NCBI RefSeq assembly: GCF_006345805.1
Contig: NC_043017.1
Location: 24,242,001-24,306,000, forward strand
Reading direction: 5' to 3'
Length of the DNA stretch: 64,000 nt
From: Octopus sinensis
Taxonomy: Eukaryota
The translations under genes and the position numbers were made by a program. How positions within the stretch are numbered: the stretch's first letter is position 1; each line of letters starts with the position of its first letter. Positions 13,683 to 27,520 of this stretch are shown here, in pieces. The notes under the pieces are model-generated. The model had not been told where the DNA came from. It searched no databases and worked only from the letters and a program-made list of their open reading frames with translations.

Positions 13683-14394
13683 AGCAGCAGCAGCAACTGG
13701 AATGTTTTCTTAGCTGGAATGGCTTGGATGAGTTAACAAGATCTGGTAGGCCCAAGGACTGCATCATCCTCTAGTTTCTGCTATGGCAAGGTTCCTGCAG
13801 CTGAATACTCTTACTCTTTTACTCTCTTACTTGTTTCAGTCATATGACTGCGGCCAAACGTTTGGAAACAAACATGGATATTTTAGACAAACTTAAGAAA
13901 GTGCTTTGGACAGAAAAGGTTAAATGAGAAACTAACTTTATTAAAACTGATACATAAATGATCGCAGCTACATGTATCGGTTTCAGCATTAAATCCTCTC
14001 TTAGCAAAAGAGAGCTGAAAATTTCTTTTGACTATGTCACTATCTAACTTTACTTATTCTATGTTGATGAAAGAAATCAATATTTCATTCACTAAAACAC
14101 AATATGCTGGATTAGTCCATTGAACAAACAACAAACTAAATGAATTGATCGGTCATCAAAGGAAAAACTGCTCGGTTACCTACAAGGAAAAATCTGGAAT
14201 CTAAGGAAACAGGTGATGTCCTGTGAAGACATTTAACTCTCTGTAGTCCAGTCAATATCCACCTAGTTGGAAAATATATATATATATAATTCAAGACGGA
14301 ATGATTCACTGTTCTAAGTTCCAGATATATAACCAGTATGATTGACAAAGGATATAGGGTGCAGGTGGAAGACATTGTACTGGAAGGTCTATTT

Positions 14395-14680
14395 TGAAGT
14401 TAACTGCCATCTGACATGATTCAACCACATTGAAGTTAACTGCTATCTGATTTAGCCACACTGAAGTTGACAGCTGTATGATTCAGTCACAATGAAGTTA
14501 ACTGCTATCTGACTCAGCCACATTGAAGTTAACTGATATCTGATTTAGCTACACTGAAATTGACAGCTGTATGATTCAATCACAATGAAGTTAACTGCTA
14601 TCTGACAAGGCCATTTTGAAGTTAATTGCTAGCTGTGCAGCCACATTGAAGTTAACTGCTATATGATTCAGTTGTATTGA
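14395..14680. repeat. 31-bp minisatellite, ~9 copies
   Basis: Unit TGAAGTTAACTGCTATCTGATTTAGCCACAC with 3-unit higher-order periodicity. Confidence 0.9.
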
Positions 14681-14681
14681 C

Positions 14682-15003
14682 GTTTTCACTCTCTCGTCAC
14701 TGGAATAATGTTTGCCTCTCAAATCCTCTTTCATGGGGCCAAAGAGATGATAGTCCAGTGGCGAGGAAGTGAAAACTGTAGTGAAGAAGTGGCTCAAAGA
14801 ACAGTCAACAGAATTTTATGAGGCAGGGATACATGCTCTCGTTCAAAGGTGGAACATTGCTATTGAGAGAAACGGTGGCTATATTGAGAAGTGGGGATGT
14901 GATCCACAGAGGACCAGCTTCATTTTGATGTATGATATATGTTCCTGTGTTGGTAATTATACCTGTCCTAAACAAAATGGCATTACTTTTTGACTCACCC
15001 TCG
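14682..15003 (+). mobile_element. Mariner transposase 3' remnant with right TIR and an internal inversion
   Basis: + strand EVKTVVKKWLKEQSTEFYEAGIHALVQRWNIAIERNGGYIEK; minus strand DYHLFGPMKEDLRGKHYSSDE; ends TGACTCACCCTCG|TA. Confidence 0.85.
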
Positions 15004-15017
15004 TATATATATATATA

Positions 15018-15252
15018 CTATTGTGTCTGGGGAGAGTCATTTTCTTTTTGTGCCTTATAATTTAACACACTCACCGGTAAAATTTCCACTTATTTCTTAT
15101 TTTATTTTCCTAAGAGTCAAGACTATTGAAAAGGTTGCCAGACACAATGAAAATTTTAGGAAAATAAAAATAAGAAATGAGTGAAAATTTTACCAGTGTG
15201 TGTATTAAATTATAAGGCACAAAAAGAAAATTACTCTCCCCAGATACAATAG
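15018..15252. repeat. Inverted repeat with ~96-bp arms, contiguous with the hammerhead-bearing segment
   Basis: 15018-15113 is the near-exact reverse complement of 15156-15252; preceded by (TA)n. Confidence 0.85.
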
Positions 15253-15327
15253 AATATGCATCAACACACGAACTCATATAATGAATCTTGCAAACCAAAT
15301 CCAAAAACGAAATATATATAGCATTTT

Positions 15328-15410
15328 TCCGATAGCTGGATAACTGAAGAGATGGCAGCGTGGATTTCCCCCTCGGCATCCGAAACTTGGAGTTTTATCA
15401 TGGCTACCGA
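15328..15410 (+). ncRNA. Type I hammerhead ribozyme-like motif
   Basis: Stem I GATAA/TTATC (extendable, imperfect); CTGAAGA 15344-15350; stem II GATG/CATC with one extra C; GAAA 15382-15385; stem III ACT/AGT; triplet GUU at 15392-15394. Confidence 0.55.
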
Positions 15411-15434
15411 ATAATTGTCACATATTACATTTAC

Positions 15435-15477
<43 letters not shown>

Positions 15478-15742
15478 TTGGCCTCCGTGCCGGTGGCACG
15501 TAAAAAGCACCATCTGATCATGGCCGTTTGCCAGCCTCGTCTGGCACCTGTGCAAGTAGCATGTAAAAAGCACCCACTACACTCACGGAGTGGTTGGCGT
15601 TAGGAAGGGCATCCAGCTGTAGCAACACTGCCAGATCAGACTGGGCCTGGCGCAGCCTTCTGGCTTCCCAGACCCCAGTTGAACCATCCAACCCATTCTA
15701 GCATGGAAAACGGACGTTAAACGATGATGATGATGATGATGA

Positions 15743-15791
<49 letters not shown>

Positions 15792-16754
15792 ATATATACA
15801 CACACACACACACACATGTATATATCCACATACATATGTTTGTTCATTTGCTCTTTTAACATCTCTTTCGCTGATAGCATAGGTTACACAGAAGGTTTTT
15901 GAGGCAGGATTTTGTAACCAGATGCTCTTCCTACTATCTTGCCTATCAGGACTAAATCATTACCTTCCCCTATGCTGTGCAGTTCTTTTTTCATTGAATT
16001 GACTTCTCTCCTCAATAGATTTGCCTTCCCTGTGGCTCACAGACTTCACATCTCCCTCATACAGTATGTTGTTCAGAGTTACTATTTACCAAGAAAAGTT
16101 GGCCTCACAGCAACTTACCAAGACCAAGCTAACCCTTGCTCTCCCCAAGTCAAATTTTATTCAGTGTTACTGACCTCAGAGCAACATCACTTTCACAATA
16201 GCCAAAGAGTCATATCTCTCCATAATGCTGCTTAATATTTTCATAGCATGGTGATTTAACCCCAGGACAGCTCCTGCTGGGTTGATCTACAACATCATAA
16301 GACACATCAATAAGGATCACAGTGATGATTACATAAACGCTCCCTCTCTAGCATACTTTGTCAGAATTGCTGCTGCAGCAAGATTATTTGGTCATATTAG
16401 TCATGGTACAAAGCCACCAGGATACTGATCAGAGATGTTTTCACTAAATGGGAATTTAGTAAATTTCATATTAATGTTAGTAATAAATAAATAATTATTC
16501 TGCTGGCTTAATCTTATATCTTTGTTTTGTTGACCATAAAATACCTGTGAAGTTGCCATTTTCTCAGTTTGTTCCATGGAAACATAAAAAGAACAGAATG
16601 GACTGAATATACCCAGCATGCATTTCATAGACTGTGGAACATTGTGGGATGGTTAGAGAAATAAGAGAAATGTTGGTCAATGAAATAAGTTAGGGAGTAG
16701 GGAGGGGAGTATGTCTTATTACAACAATACAATGTCTAAAGGTTGAAAGAGAAG

Positions 16755-17205
<451 letters not shown>

Positions 17206-17851
17206 GAGAGTGGAAGGGAGGAAGGGAGAGAGAGATTAGTAAATATCCTAGAGCTACAACTAATAAATAAGTAATTATTCTTTCAGCTCACTTTTATGTC
17301 CCTGTTTTGCTGTCCATAAACTATTCTGTGATGTTGCCATTTTCACAGTTTGCTGCACAGAATCGTAAATTAAAAGAAATAAAAGAATAAAATGACCCAG
17401 CATGGGTCTTCATAATGCACGGGGCTTTGTCAAAGAGCTGGTTAGTTAAGGTAGAAAGATAGAGAGAGAGACAGAGAGAGAAAGAGGTGTAAAGTAAGAG
17501 AGGTCCATTAATGGATAAGTTAAGAGAACAGAGAGGGAAAATATATCTTATTAATATCATATTGATGAGAGAATTTAGTTAATGTCACTCTGATTCTAAT
17601 AACATATAATTATTGTCTTAGTTAATATATTTTTTCTTTTATTCTTTCATTTGTTTCAGTCATTTGAATGCAGCCATGCTGGAGCACTGCCTTTAGTCAA
17701 ACAAACCGACTCTAGGACTTATGCTTTGTAAGTCTAGTTCTTATTCTATCAGTCTCTTTTACCAAACTGCTAAGTTAGAAGGAGGCAAACACACTAACAT
17801 CAGTTGTCAAGCAATGGTAGGGGGACAAACACAGACACACACAAATACACA

Positions 17852-17891
<40 letters not shown>

Positions 17892-18077
17892 CTAATTCTC
17901 TTTGGGAACAATTCTTGGTGGTTGAGACCATTGCGGATCTATTTTTAGCATAAGAGTGTCCACATTTGTGTGTGTATATATATATATATATAATTGAGAC
18001 TCAGTTGAATTAGGGACTCAAGTTGAAGCACCAAGTCAGTCTGGTATTATCCGCACAACTTGAAGTAAGGTGAATAA

Positions 18078-18299
18078 AATCAAAATAAGCAACAGGATAT
18101 CAAGAAGTGATGCAGTAAGACCGTTTCAAGCAGCTCTATTTAATTGAACAATGCAATCATTACATTAGTTTAAATGCAGTGCCATCTTCAGCTGCACAAA
18201 TAAATAAATAGAATTTTAACCAGTTGGACACAACAATTAAATGGAGCCACTTGAAACGGTCATACTGCATCACTACTTGATATCCTGTTGCTTATTCTG

Positions 18300-18302
<3 letters not shown>
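18078..18302. repeat. Inverted repeat with ~69-bp arms and a degenerate hammerhead-like motif in the loop
   Basis: 18078-18146 pairs with 18234-18302; minus-strand CTGAAGA at 18191-18185; followed by (TA)n. Confidence 0.75.
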
Positions 18303-18334
<32 letters not shown>

Positions 18335-18528
18335 TTGGATGCTTCTGAACCAGTTGTTGAGTGTCCCACCCATGAGGAATCAATACTAGATGTGTCGAAA
18401 CAACTGTCGTGATCAATAATAAATTCTCGTATGTTCCATCTTCCGTCTTTCATTTGCCATTTACCTAACAATCACTGTAAAAGTGACTGTGCTTTACCAG
18501 TAAGCTACCAGGTGTAAACCATTCGTTT

Positions 18529-18563
<35 letters not shown>

Positions 18564-21500
18564 TTTGGATTTAGTTCATGGACCCCAGTACTACTTTTGT
18601 GGACCATCAGGGTTCTGTGGATCCCAGGCTGGGAACCATTGTGCTATACAGTGGAATTGAACCTAAGACCACATGGCTGGGAAGCCACATCTGCGTATAT
18701 ATTAGAATGAATATATAAAATACACACACACACACACCACTACCACCACCATCATCATCATTATTATTATTATTATTATTAATAATAATAATGTCAGTCT
18801 CCAACTCTGGCTTGAGTTGCTTGATTTAAAACGATCTGACAAGCCAAAGGGCTACATCATGCCCTAATGATCTGCTTTGACACGTTTTCTACAGCTGGAT
18901 GTTCTTCCTAACACTGACCACTAAGTGCTTATACGTTTCATGGTACCAGCACTAGTGAGGTAACCTTAAAATGTGCAAGACTAAAAAACCATAAATAGGC
19001 CCCTATAACTAAAGGAGAGCAGAAAGGAGAAGGTGCAACGTATAGTGATCAGGGTGATGAAGGAAGATAAAGTATGATGTGAAGAACAGATTTATATTGC
19101 CAATGTGAACTAGTTCACATTTAACATGATTGAACTGGTTCACTTGAAATCAATAGACAGTTATCTGAGGACTTATTAAAGTAAATGGATAAAATGATTT
19201 TTTGGGTTTTTTTCTTCGAGGGAGGTCTGACTCTTGCCTCATCTTGTCTTTGTGCTTCTTTTTACAATACACATATTTTTCCAGTGATTAAGTCTTGTTC
19301 TCACTGCTATCCAGAGGAACTATTTTCCTAGTATCAGCTACAACCAAGATATCGAGCACAATTATCTGTTTCTCAAATTATTTATTTGATTCTGATATCT
19401 AGCATCCACAAGGTTACAAAAAATCACAAGGTCCTCCTCCTTTATATTAAATTACTCATTCTTCTTAAAATCAATTGAAACAAAAACAGTATATTTAACA
19501 AGAGATCATCATCATCATCATTTAACATCCTTCTTCCCTGCTGGCATGAGTTGGGTGGCTTGACAGGAGCTGGGCAGCTGTAGAGCTGCCCAGGTTCCAA
19601 TTATTTGTTTCAACATGGTTCTTGTGGCTGGATGCCCTTCCCAATGCCAACCACTTTACAGAATGCACTGGGTGCTTTATATGTGGCACTGTCATGGGTG
19701 CTTTTTATGTGGCACCAGAATGGGTGCCAAGGTTCAATCCCTGTTGTGGTGTAGCTGTTTGTATGCCCCAGTGACCCTGAGAGGAGCTATGCTAGCAAAG
19801 TACAAGCTCCTATGTTAGATAGTTAAAAAGATGGAAGCCAGAGTACTATGAACCACCTCTTCCCAGAAGTAAAATTGGGTTTGCATAGGGCCAACATACT
19901 CCTAACTAGAAAAAAAAAGCCATCTTGTGAGCTCCAAAAAGCTAGCAGGAACTGCCTGAAAATTTCTGTTCTGGAGTTAAGGATGTTCTCTGGTTCAAGT
20001 GAGTCCTTTAGGATTCATTCCTTAACTCCAGAATGGAGATTTTTGGGCCATGTTTACATTTCAGGAGATTCCTGCTAGCTTTTTGGAGCCCACAAAATCG
20101 CAGCACAGCTGGAAGTTAATAGACAATAGCAAAGGGAGATAATCTCCAATTGTCACCTTTGAGTAGTGAGCCATTTTCTCCTCTATATTTTTAAGAGGTC
20201 TTGGGCCAACAAGTTTTTGGGATCTAACGATAAAATCATAAAGCTAAACCCTTTATGGACGGAAAACCTAAGGTATTCCCATAAACTGGCCTTCTCCATT
20301 TTTAATATATATATATAAACATAATTAAGGATAAAACCATTTTAATGAGTTTATCAAGTGGCCAGCATGTAATAAAACTATATAGGCAACAATTTATACT
20401 AATATATAATTGTATTAAAAAAAGGGTTAATCTTTTTTATAAACCTTATTTATTCATCTGTCCACATTCAATGTGTGCTAACGGAATGTAGATGTGGTTT
20501 TTAGAGCCATTTGGCGTCTATTTCTAGCATGTTTGTAGGGTTCAACCACACCCTTTGATATAATTATATATAATTATATATTAGTATGTGTGTGTGTGTG
20601 TATGTATTTGTATATATATCTATGTGTGTGTGTCTTTGTGTCTGTGTTTGTCCATCCATCACCACTTGATAACTAGTGTTGGTGTGTTTATGTCCCTGTA
20701 ATTTAGTGGTTTGTCAAAAGAGACCTACAGAATAAATACTAGGCTTATGAAATAAGTCCAGGTGTCAGTTTGTTTGATTAAGAACCCCTCAAGGCAGTAC
20801 TCCAGCATGGCCACAGTCAAATGACTGGAACAAGTAAAAAGGAAAGAGAGAGAATAAAAGGTGTAGTATGATTTGGTCCTAGATAAACAAAATGACTGGA
20901 TGATCATGACAGGAGGGCTTTTGATCATTAAGCGATTTGTTCAAGGTTGGCCTGGGGCTAAACAATATCAAGCTACAATCATACACCACTGAAGAAACTA
21001 TAACCTTGTGTACAGAAGCAATATTATTGTATTCAGGGTGGAGGTCAGCTTCTTGCCATTCATCATACTTCTGTTGTGCTTCTTTGGGGATTTGTATGCA
21101 TACACACAGATATACATAAATACACAGATACAGACGTATATACATACAGGATGTATGTACACATATGGACATACATAGTTACATGCACACACATATACAA
21201 GTACATACATACACACATAATTACACAGGTACATTCACATAGGCTCACATACAATTACACACACATTCATACAGTTACACATGCAGAGGCACACACACAC
21301 ATACATGTATGTGTGTGAATACATACATGCACACACACGCACATACATACAAACAAATACACTCATACAGACACACATGCAAGTACATACACATTCATTC
21401 ATACTTACACATGCACATTCATGTACATATATATAGTTACACACTGGCATAAACACACACAAGCACACTCATACAAGCGCACATACAAGTACACATACAT

Positions 21501-21639
21501 TCATTCATAGTCACACATACACACACACACACTGAGGAACAGATACACATACATACAAGTATACATACACATACATAAAGTTACACACACACACAGAGGT
21601 ACACCACGTATCTATGTACACGCATAATTACACATATCT

Positions 21640-22440
21640 TGAGACAGGCTGATGCAGTACTTCTGTTTTGACAGCAGAAGTGATAATGAAGCCAAACTTA
21701 TTAGAGGCCTTTGAGAATTGATCGACACACGCTTGCATACTGGACTCATCTTGTGCAAACAGTCAACATCCATCTACAAACAACAGTTTACAGACTGAAG
21801 TTTTAATCTGTAATCTATAAAGCTTAAACAATTCACCGTCATGTCCGTCCCTAGTGTCAATTCCAGGTGGAGATATTCTGAAGACCGCCTACAACAAATC
21901 TGGAAAAATATGTTACTGAAAAGGGTAGGTGTTAAGATACAGCCTTGTCACACATCATTTGGGATCAAAAACAATACAGATATGTATTCATTGCTAACAC
22001 TTACCAGCATGTCATCATGAAATGGTGCAGCCCTATGTACAACCATGAGTAGACAACTATATTTGGCAATGGTTCTCGCACAAACCACTGCGACAATCTG
22101 TGTCAAAAGCCTTTGTGAGATCAACAGAAGTTTTGACTTACTTCTCTGTGCTCGTTTTTACTTGAATTATGTAAATTACCAAGGCCAAAAATGTGTTCTA
22201 CTCTTTTTGCTTATGTCTAAGTTCCTTGGCTTCTGAAGACAAAGTTGAACAACTGTCACACTGATGAGAGCTATTGAAGCTGCAATAAAAAAAACTGTCC
22301 CCTTATTTCTAGACAATAAGCATGTCCTTTTCTTTCATGGCATGTCAGCTTTGGAAAACTCTTGATTCTAGAGATGATTTCCTTTCCTCTAGTGGAACTT
22401 GTTTTAACTCATTACCTTCCACAGCATGTTACTGGGACAT
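21640..22440 (-). mobile_element. RTE-clade LINE reverse-transcriptase core fragment
   Basis: VDLTKAFDT, V.QGCILTPTLFS and LFAQD..MQ..VDQFS.A...FG..I..KTEVLHQP motifs read on the minus strand; degenerate. Confidence 0.85.
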
Positions 22441-22899
22441 ACTAGTGATGCACATATTTCTGGTCACACTGCACACTGTTTAATTACAAGGAAATGCAAT
22501 TTTTTATGCATTTTTACAATATTTCATAATTAAGCTTTGATATTTAGCACTTATGTTATTTAAATATCCTTGAAACCAGGTCAAAGATACAGAATAAAAT
22601 ATTTTCTCATATGAAACTATACCACTGGTAGTGAATATGACAGTTGTGAAGAACGGCTGGTGGTACATGGAGTAGCAGACATGTTAATTATCATTTGGTA
22701 ATTATAATATATATTCTCGTAGATAATTTTAATGAATCAAGAATATATGTTGTATGGTATTTGATATACCACTATATTTGAAGGCGCATGGCTCAGTGGT
22801 TAGAGGGTTGAGCTTATTGTGAGGTTGTGAGTTCGAATCCTAGACCGGGCTGCGGTCCAAAACTTCCAGAAAGTTTTCTGTGAAAGACTAAATAAAATA

Positions 22900-23225
22900 T
22901 CCTTCAATCCTGTTTACACAGAGAACAGTTGAGCTTCTCTAAGATTCTGTACATCTCTGTAGCTACGTTCTTCAGTTATCCAAGTAAACAGCATTAGGAT
23001 CAGTTTGATGAAAATTACTAAGAAATCTGGGGCCTTCTTCAAGAGTAAAGTGAGTTAATTGAGGCTGTCAGCTGTGACCCAAATTTACATCTAAAGACAG
23101 ATGCTCTGTATTCATATAAAAATGTTCTCCAGAAAAAATTAAGGATCATGAAAAATAACTGGTTTGAAGAAAGGGCCCAAGAGACACAAATGTGTACTGA
23201 CACAGATAATCCCTTCTACTTTTCT
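22900..23225 (+). mobile_element. RTE LINE ORF fragment (linker upstream of RT)
   Basis: QD.FDEN..EI.GLL.E and LR.MKNNWFEERAQETQMCTDT resemble the QDWFDEN...LREMQ..W...KAEE.Q..AD region of BovB-type RTEs. Confidence 0.55.
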
Positions 23226-25339
23226 GATACAAATAATAATCTTTTTTTTTCTTTTACTTGTTTCAGTCATTTATCTGTGGCCATGCTGGAGCACCACCTT
23301 TTAGTCAAACAAATCACCCTAAGACTTATTCTTTGTAAGTCTAGTGCTTATTCTATCAGTCTCTTTTGCCAAGCCGCTAAGTTATGGGGACATAAACACC
23401 AACATCAGTTGTCAAGTGAAGGTGGGGGGACAAACACAGACACACAAACATACATATATATATATCATCATCATCATCGTTTAACGTCCATTCTCCATGC
23501 TAGCATGGGTTGGACGGTTCGACCGGGGATCTGGGAAGCCAGAAGGCTGCACCAGGCTCCGGTCTTATATATATATATACACACACATACAATGGGTTTC
23601 TTTTAGTTTCCATCTACCAAATCCACTTACAAAGCTTTGGTCGGCCTGAGGCTATAGTAGAAGACAACTGCCTGAGGTGTCACACAGTGGGACTGAATCT
23701 GGAACCATGTGGTTGGGGAGCAAGCTACTTACCACAGCCACTCCTGGGCCTGTATGGAAATCTTGTGAAAGTGTTTTGTGTATAATCTATGGTTCAACAC
23801 GTGGGTATCTCACTCGTCCTCACACCAGATGGAAGTACTTGTATCAGAGACAAAGAAGAAATTCATGAAAGGCAAGCAGACAGGACTGTGTGGTTAATAA
23901 GCAAGCCTTGCAACCACATGGTTTCAGGTTCAGTCCCATTGCACAGCATCTTAGACAAGGGTCTTCAACTATATCTCCAGACCAACCAATGTCTTAGGAG
24001 GGAATTAAGGAGACGGAAACTATATGGAAACCTATCATATGCTTGTGTATGTGTGTGTATGGGTATGTGTGTGCATTAAGTAGACGGAAACTGTGTGGAA
24101 ACCTTTCATATGCATATGCGTGTGTTTGTGTATGTGTGTTTGTCTGTGTGAATTGTGTGTTTGTGCGTATATTGCAGAACTTTCACTAATGTACTCTACA
24201 ATAGTACAGAGTAACCTGTCAAATTAATGTAAAAGTACATATATTACAACATAAAAACAAACATTAGCATTATATATATATATATATATATCATGTAACC
24301 TGACCAGACTATCAGATGTTACAAATCACTGGTCACAATGCACTTTGCAACGTTTTTGCCTTCAAATGACGCCTCCCTGCTGTCTATGCAAGCAGGCCAA
24401 CATACACAATCACACATACATACATATTCTTTTACATGTTCAACCTTAAGGCTGTGGCTATGCTGGGGCATACATTTACATACAAAGTCCAAATATGCTA
24501 GAATACATCCATATATGGGGGCTGATGCCCCCCTCCACCATCACCATCGCCACCACCCCATCCTCCGGCACTCTAATTTATACCACATCAAGAACAAACT
24601 GTTTGAGCTGACAACCCTGACACATGAACACTTTACCTAAAAACTACTGCCCTGTCATCAAGCTGCCCTACCTTCTCTTCCTCTTCAAGTATTACCATTC
24701 TTTTTATCTGATTTAATTTTATGTAATTTTTTTCTTCTTGGCTGTCGCATAACAGAAGACGAGGTTTTTTCAGATTTACTTGCCGTTAAGATTCTTGGCA
24801 ATAACATCTGTTAATTACCCTCTAGGCTTTTCATTTATTATTTCTCCAAGCAAAACAGAAAAACAAAAATTTATATATGCAACCCTGTCACATTACTAAA
24901 CATGCTGTATTTGGTTTCGTCTGTGCTAAATTCCTTGAAAAAGAAAAAAAAAAAAAACCTGTCTTTTACCCTTCAAGCTTTTCTTCAATGGTAGTTTGTT
25001 ACTTAGGCCTTGTATGATAAACACTGGGTTTTTCTCCTTTTTTTATATATATATATATATACTTTAAAAGATATTTTTTTCAGAAGATATACATAGAAAG
25101 TAGATTGCAACTACAAGAAATCTGAGAATATACTTTGGTGTCAGTAACATGATACCAACCCACAACTTATTTCCTCAGTGCAAGAATTCTGTTTTGAGGG
25201 GAAAATAAAAATTCAAATCTCAAGTAGATACATCCTCCTTTCACTGGAGTTTTTCTATCTTTTCTGTCAAAGTAATTATATCCCTTATTTAGAAGCAAAT
25301 GGCCTTACACCAATGCAAATATGAATTATATAAGGTATA

Positions 25340-25386
<47 letters not shown>

Positions 25387-25388
<2 letters not shown>

Positions 25389-25541
25389 GAGTGGCTGTGT
25401 GGTAAGTAGCTTGCTTACCAACCACATGGTTCTGGGTTCAGTCCCACTGCATGGCACCTTGGGCAAGTGTCTTCTACTATAGCCTCGGGCCAACCAAAGC
25501 GTTGTGAGTGGATTTGGTAGATGGAAACTGAAAGAAGCCTG

Positions 25542-25578
<37 letters not shown>

Positions 25579-25780
25579 TGTGTGTCTGTGTTTGTCCTCC
25601 CAATATTGCATGACAACCGATGATGGTATGTTTACGTCCCCATCACTTAGCGGTTCAGCATGAGAGAGCGCTAGAATAAGTACTAGGCTTACAAAGAATA
25701 AGTCCTGGTGTCGATTTGCTCAACTAAAGACGGTGCTCCAGCATGGCCACAGACAAATGACTGAAACAAGTAAAAGGGTA
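25387..25780 (+). mobile_element. SINE family A copy
   Basis: Same head, core and tail. Further fragments at about 2485, 6970, 8020, 8420, 10340, 12230, 17640, 20620, 23235, 23880, 26150, 37200, 54030, 56550 and 61285. Confidence 0.85.
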
Positions 25781-27104
25781 GATATGCTCTGTGTTTCTTT
25801 CAATTGGTTTAAGACATAACAAAGAATTTAGTAAAATAACTTAGTTATCATTAAGCTAGTGACTAAGGTTTGGTGGAAGATTTTAGTTCAAAACTTATGA
25901 AAACAAGACATTTGTACTACAGAGCCAGAGGTGGTTTCAGCCAGGTTGGTATTGAAAGGGTTAATAACACTGCTAACATAGTAGAACAGACTAACAAAAG
26001 TGTTTAATACACTTCACAGTGTATTGTGGTAGCATAACAAACAAGGTGTCCCTATAAATAATTAATATAAACAGCATACATAACACATTCGACATATTTA
26101 ATTTGAGCCAACTTGGGTCCTTTCTCTTTGTCTTCTACAAACACAGATAATGGTTGTGTGGTTAAGAAGTTTGCTTTGCAGCTATGTGGTTCTGAGTTCA
26201 GTCCCACTGTGTGGTACCTTTGGCAAGTAGCTACTATAATCTCAGGTTGACCAATGCCTTGTGAGTGAATTAGGTAGGTGAAAACTGTGTGGTAGCCCAT
26301 CATGTGTGTGTGTTTGTGTGTCTGTCCCCAACCCCTTGACAACCAGTGTTGGTTTACTTACATCTCTGTAACCCTGTAACTTAGCAATCCAGCAAAAGGA
26401 GAGCAATAAAATAACAGTCTTTGAAACAAAACAAGTGTTAGGATCAATTTGTATGCCTAAACCCTTCAGGGAGGTGCCATGGTCGCAAGCCAATGGCTGA
26501 AACAAGTAAAAAGAAAAGAATAAAAGCAGTGAACTAATTCCCTCGTCTTATTCAGTGCAATCTTCCCACATCCCTCCTGATAGGGTCTCATATCTGCCCC
26601 TTTTAGTGGGGGCAGTTTGAGACATAACTGGTTTTACATACAATCTTTCTCCGCCATTTCTTAATACTTTATTGACCACATGGGGTTAAACATAGAGGTG
26701 ACAAACAAGGACAGACAAAGGGATTAAGTCGATTTCATCTGGTACTTAATCTATCGACCCCGAAAGGATGAAAGGCAAAGTCGACCTCGGCGGAATTTGA
26801 ACTCAGAATGTAACGGCAGATGAAATACCGCTAAGCATTTTGCCCAGCATGCTAACGTTTCTGCCAGCTCTCCACCATTTCTATCCCTCTGGAACTCCCC
26901 CACCCTCCATCAGTGTCTGCTGTAACAGTGCCCAAACCAACCACGGCTATCACTCACAAGTGGAATAGGATTGGACAGCGTGTCTCATGTTTTCATAAAT
27001 TTGCTTGAGGTTCTCATGTAGTGATGAGCAGACGCAGAGACACTCACTTGGACATCCTGTCAGAGATGATTTACAGTTACAGCAGTGACAGCCTTTATAT
27101 GACT

Positions 27105-27520
27105 GCATGTTGTGCTAGAAACAGCAGTTGAACTATCGTCAAACCATATCTTACCTGAAGGAGACATTGTGTATTCCAGGACAGATTGAAAATAACAAGG
27201 GAGAGTTATGGATGGAATATTCTGATCCAAGGTTCACTTGATCAGATTGCATGATGTGCTAGAAACAGTAGTCAAATTATATCTTATCTGAAAGAGACAT
27301 TGAGTATTCCAGGAGAGATTGAAAATAATAGGGACAGTTATGGATGGAATGTTTTGATCCAAGGCCCACTTGATCAGATTGTATGCTGTGCTAGAAACAG
27401 CAGTCAAATTATCCTCAAACTATACCTTATCTGAAGGAGACACTGTGTAATCCAGGACAGATAGAAAATAATAAGGGGCAGTTATGGATAGAATGCTTTG
27501 ATCCAAGGTCTACTTGATTA
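27105..27520. repeat. Three tandem copies of a 132-144 bp unit
   Basis: Each begins G(C/T)ATG.TGTGCTAGAAACAG and ends GATCCAAGG..CACTTGAT. Confidence 0.85.

Noticed and set aside
22261-22290. CTGATGAG hammerhead-like string
   Set aside because: It lies inside an RTE fragment with no downstream GAAA-stem III.
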